A stretch of DNA of 64,000 nt from Squalus acanthias (taxonomy: Eukaryota), in contig CM059427.1 in assembly GCA_030390025.1 (NCBI GenBank), positions 92,566,001-92,630,000 on the forward strand, given 5' to 3'. The notes beneath the pieces were generated by a model that was not told the DNA's origin, did not search any database, and worked only from the letters and a program-made list of their open reading frames with translations. Positions 38,801 through 49,386 of the stretch are shown here, piece by piece. The translations under genes were made by a program, and so were the position numbers. The stretch's first letter is position 1; each line of letters opens with the position of its first letter.

Positions 38801-41655
38801 CCGTTTGATTTCAGTAGCAAAGAGTTCCCAACTAATATATCCAAATATTAACCTTTTATCATAGAAAGTAATCACTGCTCACTCTGTTGGGGTTAAGGCA
38901 ATAAAGTCCACTTTATTACTTTATTACTTTAACCGTTGGCTCGACACCCCGCTGTACCAGGGCAGGATTGATTGATTGCTGCATTTTAGATTATCCCAGT
39001 GTTCGGTGAGGACATTATCACCTCAACACTGAACTATTAAATCTCAACTGTGAAACCAATGAGTTAATCTTTCCCTGGATTACTATCTAATACTGTTGAT
39101 ATCATTAATGTGAAGATGATTTTAAAACCGGATTCCATTTACAAAATGCCTAAATATCTAAATATGACTGTTTTACACCAGGTGGAAAAGAAGTCAAAAG
39201 AAGCATCACTTGAGGAGACTTCAAATGTAAGTATAAACAGGGACTTTGTGTCAGATGATTGTCTTCCTGGTCATGGTGCTCAACAACAATAAACTGTTGA
39301 AACGGAGTCAGAATGGAGTCTGAGGCAGCAATGTGCTTTTATTCAATGCAATGTCCACCAAGAGGCAGTGAGGGAAGGGGCACTGATGCTCAATTCCTAT
39401 TGGATGTTCTCCAACCCATGACAAAGGATTATTGAACTGATGAAAGTAGAGAGGATGAGTTTGTTTTCACTGAAGATAAAGTGAGCTGAATTCCCACAGC
39501 GTTAGGATAGGTACTCTGCTCCTGACCTCATTACAGCCTTGGTCCAAACATGGACAAAAGAGCTGAATTCCAGAGGTGAGCTGAGAGTGACTGCCCTTGA
39601 CATCAAGGCAGCATTTGACCGAGTGTGGCATCAAGGAGCCCTAGTAAAACTGAAGTCCATGGGAATCAGGGAGAAAACGCTCTACTGGCTGGAGTCATAC
39701 CTAGCACAAAGGAAGATGGTTGTGGTGATTAAAGATCAATCATCACAGCCCCAGGACATCGCTGCAGGAGTTCCTCAGGGCAGTGACCTGGGACCAACCA
39801 TCTTCAGCTGCTTCATCAATGATCTTCCCTCCAACATAAGGTCAGAAATGAGGATGTTCGCTGATGACTGCACAATGTTCAGTGCCATTCGCAAATCCTC
39901 ATATAATGAAGCAGTCCATGCCCGCATGCAACAAGACCTGGACGACGTTCAGGCTTGGGCTGATAAGTGGCAGATAACAATCGCGCCACAGAAGTGCCAG
40001 GCAATGACTATCTCCAACAAGCGAGAGTCTATCCACCTCCCCATGACATTCAACGGCATTACCATGGCTGAATCCCCCACCATCAACATCCTGGGGGTCA
40101 CCATTGACCAGAAACATAACTGGACCAGCCACATAAATACTGTAGCAACAAGAGCAGGTCAGAGGCTACGTATTCTGCGGCGAGTGTCTCACCTCCTGAC
40201 TCCCCAAAGCCTTTCTACCATCTACAAGGCACAAGTCAGGAGTGTGATGGAATACTCTCCACTTGCCTGGATGAGTGCAGCTGCAACAACACTCAAGACG
40301 CTCCACACCATCCAGGACAAAGCAGCTCACTTGATTGGCACCCCATCCACCACCTTAAACATTCACTCCCTCCACCACTGGTGTACCGTGGCTGCAGTGT
40401 GTACCATTTACAAGATGCACTGCAGCAACTCGCCAAGGCTTCTTCGGCAGCACCTCCCAAACCCGCGACCTCTTCCACCTAGAAGGACAAGGGCAGCAGG
40501 CGCATGGGAACGCCACCACCTCCAAGTTCCCCTCCAAGTCACATACCATCCTGATTACAAGTATATCGCCGATCCTTCATCGTCGCTGGGTCAAAATCCT
40601 GGAACTCCCTACCTAACAGCACTGTGGGAGTACCTTCACCACACGGACTACAGCGGTTGAAGAATGCGGCTCACCACCACCTTCTCAAGGGCAACTAGAG
40701 ATGGGCAATAAATGCTGGCCTTGCCAGCGACGCCTACATCCCAGGAACGAATAAAAAAAAAGTGCTGACATCATGAGGGCAGTGTCTGTTACATTCTCAC
40801 CATTTAATAAATAATTATTAGATTTTTGCACGGGACGGAGAATAAACACAATAGAAACCAATTGATGAATAATCTCAGCCTTCATTAGTTTAACCATTGA
40901 CCCCAATGCCCCACTGTACCAGGGCTGTATTGATTATTGCTGCACTGCAGGACATGAAATGTTTGTTTAGGAATTTGCCACTCCCTGAACTCTGAAATGT
41001 CCAGAGTTAACACTTCCTCATTTGTCATTTAATAATTTGTTTAATTCTTTTATTATTTAAAAAATGTATCATTGATCCACTGTGCTAAACATATCAATAT
41101 GAATATTTTAATTCAGGTGAAAAACAAGTCAAAAGAATCGTCACTCGAGGAGCCTCCAAATGTAAGTATAATCTGGGACTTTTACTCAGATGATTATCAA
41201 CTACAATAAACTGTTGAAACCTGGATTCAGCTGTGTCAGAATAGAGTCTGAGGCAGCTCTGTGTTTTTATTCAATTAAATGAATGCCTGGAGCCTAGAAA
41301 TTTAACGAGTTCACAATTTCTCATTTATGGTTTAATAATCAGTGAAATCTATGTTTTGAAGATAATTCTAAAACTCAATATTATTTACACAATGTCTCAT
41401 TAATCCCCTGTACTAAGCAGATAAATGTTAATATTTTAATACAGATGAAAAGCAAGTCAAAAGAATTATCGCTCGAAGAGTCTTCAAATGTAAGTATAAA
41501 CTGGGACTTTGTGTCAGATAATTGCCTTCTTGATCATGATTATCAACAACAATAAAACACTGAACTCAGATTGAACTCAGTCCATCTGAAAATGACAATT
41601 CTGTTGATTCCGTTCACTACAGGAACACAATGATGATTCAAGAGCCCGACACTAA
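35851..41655 (+). CDS. spp2-like: SPP2-like secreted phosphoprotein, copy D (194 aa)
   Basis: Exons 35851-35902, 36045-36148, 37377-37505, 37975-38106, 39182-39226, 41117-41161, 41445-41489, 41623-41655. Open frame with canonical splice sites. Confidence 0.88.
37548..37901. repeat. 31-bp minisatellite, copy D (~11 units)
   Basis: Same unit. Confidence 0.95.
39513..40761 (+). mobile_element. Same intron-5 LINE, copy D
   Basis: ORF 39539-40660 with a late frameshift. Confidence 0.9.
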
Positions 41656-42263
41656 CCATGAATGAAACTTCTGAAAGGCCGAGCTTGGTGTGAACACAAG
41701 AAGACCTCATTCAGATTAAAGAATAAGTGATGAATTGTACTTCACTTGTTCGTATATAAGGGGGGACCTGGTGTTCCTGACTGTACATTTTACTGTAACT
41801 GGGAGATTCGATAGTTTGTAAATGTTCTGTCCTTTGCTGTGTATTGTTGTCTTGTATTCTGTGGATCAAATTAAAAATATAAAGAGAATATTTCCTGATG
41901 TTCTTCCAAATGTTGTTTCTCACTTCACTGATTAGATGGGAGTTCAGACAGACACAGCGCTCAAACCAGCCTGTCATACACTTGTGACAAGTTTCCTCAT
42001 TTGACTGGTAGCTGCTGGTGAACTGGGGTTTTTGCTGCTGGAACTGAGTGTGGCAAGGTGAAGAAATGGCACTGCAAAATATCTGGAATTCCTGCTCTCC
42101 GATGTTTGCTTTGAAGGAGAATAGTGAAGCTCGCAGTGCAGCTGTGACTGTAGAATTGCAGACTTCCCCTTCATCTTTCTCACTTACAAGTAGGTTGCCA
42201 GCATTATATGATGGTGCAAAGCTGGCCGAGGTTATCGGAACTCTTAACTTAGGATGTCCTTAC

Positions 42264-43897
42264 TGTAAGGGGTTCGCGTGGCTCTGTGCTTAGCCTGGGT
42301 GCTAGTGCGGGGTTAGGCCTTGTTGCCTGTTCTGGTCTCCAGCCAGCCTGGTAACACTAGACACCTGTGAGTGGTTCGACCCACTCGCCCTTACGGTTCT
42401 GACACTGGACTTAGGTGCGAGAGCAATAATGCAGAGAAAACTCAGGTAGACCCGGTTGAATAGTGCGAAATGGAAAATCTTTATTGCATATCATTCAAGA
42501 TTACGAAATACATTTCATAAGCACAGATTAATGACAGTACAAACTTACATACATTTATGCAACTAGGTTTAGGGAAACGAGGAGCGCACGACACATCGTA
42601 AAAGGGGACACACATTATAATTATCCTTAAAACATAAACCCTCCCCTATCAATACCTGTCCTAATCTAGATCTGTAGGATCGAGACTCATGCTCACCACT
42701 CGTGATAACTCGGAGAATTCCGAAACTCTGCTCGGATGTTTTCACCACAGCACCTGACTATCCACGTGTTGATCAGGGGTCTCTGTACCCCACTTGTTTA
42801 CTCGCTTTGCTCCGGCTAGCAGGCTGGACCGTCTGCTGTCATGAAGATCTGTGTTGACCTCGGACTCCAGATACAGTTCGAAGAAGAGTCTTACTGTGCC
42901 CGACACCAGTTGTCGGTAGAACTCGAAGAATAGTCTTCTTGGGCCACTTCGTGCAGTATCCTGTAAAATTCGAAAAATGGTCCTTATATTTTGAGGCGCG
43001 GTCGGGGCTTACTGACCGCGGCGACACGTGTAGTCTTCTTCTTCTCTTCTCATCTCATCTCATCTCATCTCCTCTCGGGCCTTCGGATCCAACACCGTTT
43101 ACCGACTTCTCGGAATGGTGCGCCCGCTTACCGGCCTTCGCAGACCAGCTCTCCACGGATCTTCGCGGCAAGCCACGAGGTTGACTCCCGGAAAATCCAC
43201 GGATCAGAGGAGCGAGTCAAAGGAATAAGAGTCGAGCGAATAAGAGCGCGAATAAGAGAAAGATGGACGTTTGGACACTACAGTTATAGTACTGTAATTC
43301 CTTATCTCCCGCCCAATCTTAATGTTCATCTTTTGTCATGTTTTGGCGCTCAAACTTCTTGTATGGGGTGGTACTTGTCGTTAATGGGTCTCGGTGATAC
43401 TTGTAACTGTCTGAGTACCCGTTAATATTTCTCCCATTGTGGAATCGGCTAGGAGTCTCCCTGGAGGGGTTTTGGGGGCCTCCGATTCTTGTTGTGAGTA
43501 CCCGCGAACGGCTCTCTCATCGTCGAGCCGTGGGGAATTTGCGTATCAATGTCTTTTGGATGGGCCCCTAATTGCTCAGTACAATAGCCCTAGTTTGTGC
43601 ATGGAAAACCCGATTCCAGCACTTATATCCCTTGCTTGGGTGTTAAAAATGCAAAACGATCTCGTCTTGTCTCAATATGCTGAGTCCTGTCCGATCTTGC
43701 TGAAATGTTTATTGAAACGCCATCTTGTCTGCCTGCTGAAAATCTAGAACCTTCTGCCACGAGGCGTGGCGGCCATTTTACAGGCTGTTTGTGTCCGTTT
43801 TGAAACCTGACAGCATTTTGCTGAAATAAAGCTGTTTATACGAAACTATGTCTCCTTCTCATTATTATGAAATCGCGATAATTTTGCGAATTCTACA
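42264..43897 (-). mobile_element. Solo LTR (1,634 bp), specific to the spacer after copy D
   Basis: TGTA...TACA termini and a 4-bp TSD TTAC (42260-42263 / 43898-43901). The empty site GATGTCCTTACCCC is visible near 30759. Minus-strand TATAA (~42985) and AATAAA (~42480) suggest the orientation. Confidence 0.88.
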
Positions 43898-45521
43898 TTA
43901 CCCCTAGCCCTGCCTCCTCTTACCTCGAGAGTCATGTTTGGGGTGGACATGGAGCTGGGATATCTGGGTCCCAAGCTAGTATTGGAGTCATACCTGGCCA
44001 GTTCTGTGCAGTTGACACCAGCCTGTTTACAACTGTTGTGAGGACAGGAGGAGCAGTTGAGTGTCTGTACAGAGAAGGAGAGAGTTGCCGTGACCTGCTG
44101 TGAGGAGAAGAAGCATGCCGAGTGTGGGGAGAAGATTGAATGAAGTATGCTTGTGAGGTGGGGTGGGAAATAAAAGCCATGGAAAGGTGACACTCCTGTA
44201 AATGGAGACAAGATTGTCCCAGGCACCCGGCACTTCAAACTTTACATCTTAGCTCTGACAGCTTAGCAACGCTGGGTGCCAGAAACTCACTGATATTCAT
44301 AGCACCCAGCGTTGCTATGTCATTATTGGTGACAAATGTGTCGTCTGGCCTCACCCTATCATTAACAACTTTGAACAAGCTGGCCTATAAGGTCTACAGT
44401 AACCTTTAAAGAGACAAAGCATCCATAACATCCTAATACTCTGATTGCAAAGTTGTTATGTGTCAACCAATCACCTAATTACTATATGATGGATTAGTTT
44501 CTGCTGGACTAGTCACTGAGTTGGACTACTGCATAATAGTGTATTTGCCTTATAAACCTCAACAAGGTGGAATACTGTTAAATTAGAGGGAATCCTGGAT
44601 ATAAATGTCACAGAACTGCCAACCGTTAGTTCAGTTATTGATCTGGTCCCATTTTAAATGTTCTCTCAAATGCAATTGACATCAGAGAAGAAAAGGAATT
44701 TATAGTCACTTGATTTACATTGCTATGAGTGATTGAAAGTGATTGAGAGTGGTAGCCCTGCTTGTGGGAGCCCTGGTTCAGACAATTTTGTATATTCCAT
44801 CTACCCAGGTTGCTCTCAGTGCAAACAGTTTTAGAATGGGTGCGATGTTTGCCAGCTATGGAATCCCATTAAGAAATATTAAAACATAGAGAGGGTAATT
44901 TTCCCCTTGTACATTGGTGGCAGGACATCGTGCCCATTGATAGCACGTATTGGAACGCCATTGGCAGTGTGCCAGGGATTGGTCTGTCCACACTGCTAGC
45001 AGGCGAGGTCCACATCACCACCGGACACTTAAGAAGCTACCCCCAGGGTCTTTCATGACTTAAAACGTGACTGATCTCCGTTCCAACACACCCGCCTTCA
45101 AAATCCTGAGCTCTTCAAATATAGAATCAGAGGCTCCAAAGTTCCAAGTCCCGCAATCTGCCAGAGGAAGTGTGTTGAGGCGGGACTTCAGCTTGTCCGA
45201 GGGCCTAGACATTGGTCCTGTCAGATATCCTGGCCCCAGCTCATTATAAAATTGCTGGGCAGGACAAAGCCATGAGTCCTGCGATCAATTGAAGGCCCAG
45301 AAAACACAAGGGGCCGAGGAAGGTGGAATGTGTTGGCATTGAAAGGCAGTCTGCAATTAAAGGGGCAAAGTCAGGAGACAGGAAGTGGAGACGGTATCAG
45401 TGAACAGGAGGGAAAGAAGAGCTGGAGATTTTCAGAGTGAGTTGGAGCCCTTATTATCTGAGATAAAAATGAGAAGTCGCACAACACCAGGTTATAGTCC
45501 AACAGATTTATTTAAAATTAC

Positions 45522-45552
45522 AAGCTTTCGGAGCTGTCGCTCCTTCTTCAGG
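45522..45552 (-). ncRNA. Minimal hammerhead ribozyme motif in the Penelope terminus (left arm)
   Basis: CUGAAGA-AGGAGC-GACA-GCUCC-GAAA-GC-UU; stem III reduced to the palindrome AGCU. Confidence 0.7.
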
Positions 45553-45785
45553 TAGGGTAGCTGCTGAGAGAATCTCCCAGAATTCACAATATAAACACAG
45601 AAAAAATGTATTCAAATCTTTCCCTACATCAAAGACACACTAAGAGCACAGCCAAGACAATGAGATGTGTCCCAGGGGGTCCAATGTGTCAAAACACCTG
45701 CTGGCTGCATATCCTCTCCATTTGTGTTTGGTTCTTGTGTTAGTTTTTTTTTAAAATACCTGGAAAGACCGGCCATGATGTCAAG

Positions 45786-47720
45786 TCACGTTCTGTATCG
45801 TGACATGAACCCGATATCGCGATTGAGGCCATCCTCATGAGTGCGGAACTTGGCTATCAGTTTCTGCTCTATGATTTTGCGCTGTCGTGTATCCCGAAGG
45901 CCGCCTTGGAGAACGCTTACCCGCAGATCCGAGGCTGAATGCCCCTGACTGCTGAAGTGTTCCCCGACTGGGAGGCAACCCTCCTGCCTGGCGATTGTTG
46001 CGCGGTGTCTGTTCATACGTTGTCTCAGTGTCTGCATGGTCTCGCCGATGTACCATGCTCTGGGGCATCCTTTACTGCAACGTATCAGGTAGACAACGTT
46101 GGCCGAGTCACATGAGTATGTACCATGTACCTGGTGGGTAGTGTCCTCACGTGTGATGATGGTATCTGTGTCCATGATCTGGCATGTCTTGCAGAGGTTG
46201 CCGTGGCAGGGTTGTGTGGTGTCGTGGTTGCTGTTCTCCTGAAAGATGGGTAATCTGCTGCGAACGATGGTACTTTTGAGGTTAGGCGGCTGCTTGAAGG
46301 CGAGTAGTGGAGGCGTGGGGATGGCCTTAGCAAGGTGTTCGTCGTCATCGATGACATGTTGAAGGCTGCGAAGAACATGGCGTAGTTTTTCCGCTCCGGG
46401 GAAGTACTGGACGACGTAGGGTACTCTGTTGGTTGTGTCCCATGTTCGTCTTCTGAGGAGGTCTATGCGGTTTTTCGCTGTGGCCCGTCGGAACTGTCGA
46501 TCGACGAGTCGAGCGTCATATCCCGTTCTTACGAGGGCGTCTTTCAGTGTCCGTAGGTGTCCATCGCGTTCCTCCTCGTCTGAGCAGATCCTGTGTATTC
46601 GCAGGGCTTGTCCATAGGGGATGGCTTCTTTAACGTGGTTAGGGTGGAAGCTGGAGAAGTGGAGCATCGTGAGGTTGTCCGTGGGCTTGCGGTAGAGTGA
46701 AGTGCTGAGGCGTCCGTCTTTGATGGAGATTCGTGTGTCCAAGAATGAAACCGATTCTGAGGAGTAGTCCATGGTGAGTTTGATGGTGGGATGGAACCTG
46801 TTGATGCTATCGTGTAGTCCTTTCAGTGATCCTTCGCCGTGGGTCCAAAGGAAGAAGATGTCGTCGATGTATCTGGTGTACAGCGTTGGTTGGAGGTCCT
46901 GTGCAGCGAAGAAGTCTTGCTCGAACTTGTGCATGAAGATGTTGGCGTATTGGGGTGCGAATTTGGTCCCCATGGCTGTTCCGTGTGTTTGGGTAAAAAA
47001 ATGGTTGTCGAAGGTGAAGACATTGTGGTCAAGGATGAAGCGGATGAGTTGTAGGATGGCGTCCGGAGATTGGCTGTTGTTGGTGTTGAGTACTGAGGCT
47101 GTCGCAGCGATGCCGTCATTGTGGGGGATATTGGTGTAGAGTGCCGATACGTCCATCGTGACGAGGAGTGTTCCTGGTTCAACTGGTCCATGGGTGCTGA
47201 GTTTCTGCAAGAAGTCTGTAGTGTCGCGACAGAAGCTGGGGGTTCCCTGTACGATGGGTTTCAGGATGCCCTCGACGTACCCAGAGAGGTTCTCACACAG
47301 GGTTCCGTTGCCTGATACGATAGGACGTCCGGGTGTGTTGGCTTTGTGTATCTTTGGGAGGCAGTAAAAGTCTCCTACGCGGGGAGTACGTGGGATGAGA
47401 GCGCGTAGGATGTTTTGAAGGTCTGGATCGAAGGTCTTGATCAGTCTATTGAGTTGGCGGGTGTGTTCTTTGGTCGGATCTGCGGGTAGCTGTCTGTAGT
47501 GTTCCTGGTTGTCCAGTTGTCGGTATGCTTCTTTGCAATAGTCCATTCTGTTCTGTATGACGATGGCTCCTCCTTTGTCCGCTGGTTTGATGACGATGTT
47601 GCGGTTGGTCTTGAGAGCGTGGATGGCGTTGCGTTGTGCTCGGGTGACATTCTGGACTGTCTTGTGAGTACGGCTGATGAATCTGGCGTTGATGCATTTC
47701 CTGACAGCTTGAGCATACAT
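45786..47720 (-). CDS. Penelope RT plus GIY-YIG endonuclease (5'-truncated, frame intact)
   Basis: IKPADKGG, LPKIHK, GRPIVS, MDVSALYTNI, GTAMG, RYIDD, VVYLIRC...WYIGET. Confidence 0.93.
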   Translation of the reverse strand: MYAQAVRKCINARFISRTHKTVQNVTRAQRNAIHALKTNRNIVIKPADKGGAIVIQNRMDYCKEAYRQLDNQEHYRQLPADPTKEHTRQLNRLIKTFDPDLQNILRALIPRTPRVGDFYCLPKIHKANTPGRPIVSGNGTLCENLSGYVEGILKPIVQGTPSFCRDTTDFLQKLSTHGPVEPGTLLVTMDVSALYTNIPHNDGIAATASVLNTNNSQSPDAILQLIRFILDHNVFTFDNHFFTQTHGTAMGTKFAPQYANIFMHKFEQDFFAAQDLQPTLYTRYIDDIFFLWTHGEGSLKGLHDSINRFHPTIKLTMDYSSESVSFLDTRISIKDGRLSTSLYRKPTDNLTMLHFSSFHPNHVKEAIPYGQALRIHRICSDEEERDGHLRTLKDALVRTGYDARLVDRQFRRATAKNRIDLLRRRTWDTTNRVPYVVQYFPGAEKLRHVLRSLQHVIDDDEHLAKAIPTPPLLAFKQPPNLKSTIVRSRLPIFQENSNHDTTQPCHGNLCKTCQIMDTDTIITREDTTHQVHGTYSCDSANVVYLIRCSKGCPRAWYIGETMQTLRQRMNRHRATIARQEGCLPVGEHFSSQGHSASDLRVSVLQGGLRDTRQRKIIEQKLIAKFRTHEDGLNRDIGFMSRYRT

Positions 47721-47934
47721 GTCAAGCTTAGGGCTGCGACCCTCCGGAGGGGTCCAATTTGACTCTTTCTTCCTCCAATATCCCCCACAATGACGGCATC
47801 GCTGCGACAGCCTCAGTACTCAACACCAACAACAGCCAATCTCCGGACGCCATCCTACAACTCATCGCTTCATCCTTGACCACAATGTCTTCACCTTCGA
47901 CAACCATTTTTTTACCCAAACACACGGAACAGCC

Positions 47935-49122
47935 ATGGGGACCAAATTCGCACCCCAATACGCCAACATCTTCATGCACAAGTTCGAGCAAGACTTCTTC
48001 GCTGCACAGGACCTCCAACCAACGCTGTACACCAGATACATCGACGACATCTTCTTCCTTTGGACCCACGGCGAAGGATCACTGAAAGGACTACACGATA
48101 GCATCAACAGGTTCCATCCCACCATCAAACTCACCATGGACTACTCCTCAGAATCGGTTTCATTCTTGGACACACGAATCTCCATCAAAGACGGACGCCT
48201 CAGCACTTCACTCTACCGCAAGCCCACGGACAACCTCACGATGCTCCACTTCTCCAGCTTCCACCCTAACCACGTTAAAGAAGCCATCCCCTATGGACAA
48301 GCCCTGCGAATACACAGGATCTGCTCAGACGAGGAGGAACGCGATGGACACCTACGGACACTGAAAGACGCCCTCGTAAGAACGGGATATGACGCTCGAC
48401 TCGTCGATCGACAGTTCCGACGGGCCACAGCGAAAAACCGCATAGACCTCCTCAGAAGACGAACACGGGACACAACCAACAGAGTACCCTACGTCGTCCA
48501 GTACTTCCCCGGAGCGGAAAAACTACGCCATGTTCTTCGCAGCCTTCAACATGTCATCGATGACGACGAACACCTTGCTAAGGCCATCCCCACGCCTCCA
48601 CTACTCGCCTTCAAGCAGCCGCCTAACCTCAAAAGTACCATCGTTCGCAGCAGATTACCCATCTTTCAGGAGAACAGCAACCACGACACCACACAACCCT
48701 GCCACGGCAACCTCTGCAAGACATGCCAGATCATGGACACAGATACCATCATCACACGTGAGGACACTACCCACCAGGTACATGGTACATACTCATGTGA
48801 CTCGGCCAACGTTGTCTACCTGATACGTTGCAGTAAAGGATGCCCCAGAGCATGGTACATCGGCGAGACCATGCAGACACTGAGACAACGTATGAACGGA
48901 CACCGCGCAACAATCGCCAGGCAGGAGGGTTGCCTCCCAGTCGGGGAACACTTCAGCAGTCAGGGGCATTCAGCCTCGGATCTGCGGGTAAGCGTTCTCC
49001 AAGGCGGCCTTCGGGATACACGACAGCGCAAAATCATAGAGCAGAAACTGATAGCCAAGTTCCGCACTCATGAGGATGGCCTCAATCGCGATATCGGGTT
49101 CATGTCACGATACAGAACGTGA
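47935..49122 (+). CDS. Penelope RT C-terminal part plus GIY-YIG (inverted second arm)
   Basis: Near-identical to the C-terminal 395 aa of 45786-47720. Confidence 0.9.
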   Translation: MGTKFAPQYANIFMHKFEQDFFAAQDLQPTLYTRYIDDIFFLWTHGEGSLKGLHDSINRFHPTIKLTMDYSSESVSFLDTRISIKDGRLSTSLYRKPTDNLTMLHFSSFHPNHVKEAIPYGQALRIHRICSDEEERDGHLRTLKDALVRTGYDARLVDRQFRRATAKNRIDLLRRRTRDTTNRVPYVVQYFPGAEKLRHVLRSLQHVIDDDEHLAKAIPTPPLLAFKQPPNLKSTIVRSRLPIFQENSNHDTTQPCHGNLCKTCQIMDTDTIITREDTTHQVHGTYSCDSANVVYLIRCSKGCPRAWYIGETMQTLRQRMNGHRATIARQEGCLPVGEHFSSQGHSASDLRVSVLQGGLRDTRQRKIIEQKLIAKFRTHEDGLNRDIGFMSRYRT

Positions 49123-49354
49123 CTTGACATCATGGCCGGTCTTTCCAGGTTTTTTAAAAAAAAACTAACACAAGAACCAAACACAAATGGAGAGGATATG
49201 CAGCCAGCAGGTGTTTTGACACGTTGGACCCCCTGGGACACATCTCATTGTCTTGGCTGTGCTCTTAGTGTGTCTTTGATGTAGGGAAAGATTTGAATAC
49301 ATTTTTTCTGTGTTTATATTGTGAATTCTGGGAGATTCTCTCACAGCTACCCTA

Positions 49355-49386
49355 CCTGAAGAAGGAGCGACAGCTCCGAAAGCTTG
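49355..49386 (+). ncRNA. Minimal hammerhead ribozyme motif in the Penelope terminus (right arm)
   Basis: CCTGAAGAAGGAGCGACAGCTCCGAAAGCTTG. Confidence 0.7.

Noticed and set aside
42839-43747. ORFs within the LTR as gag or env remnants
   Set aside because: No retroviral protein motifs; they are low-complexity and short.
45835-49073. Many small overlapping ORFs inside Penelope
   Set aside because: Alternate-frame and antisense by-products of a GC-rich coding sequence.
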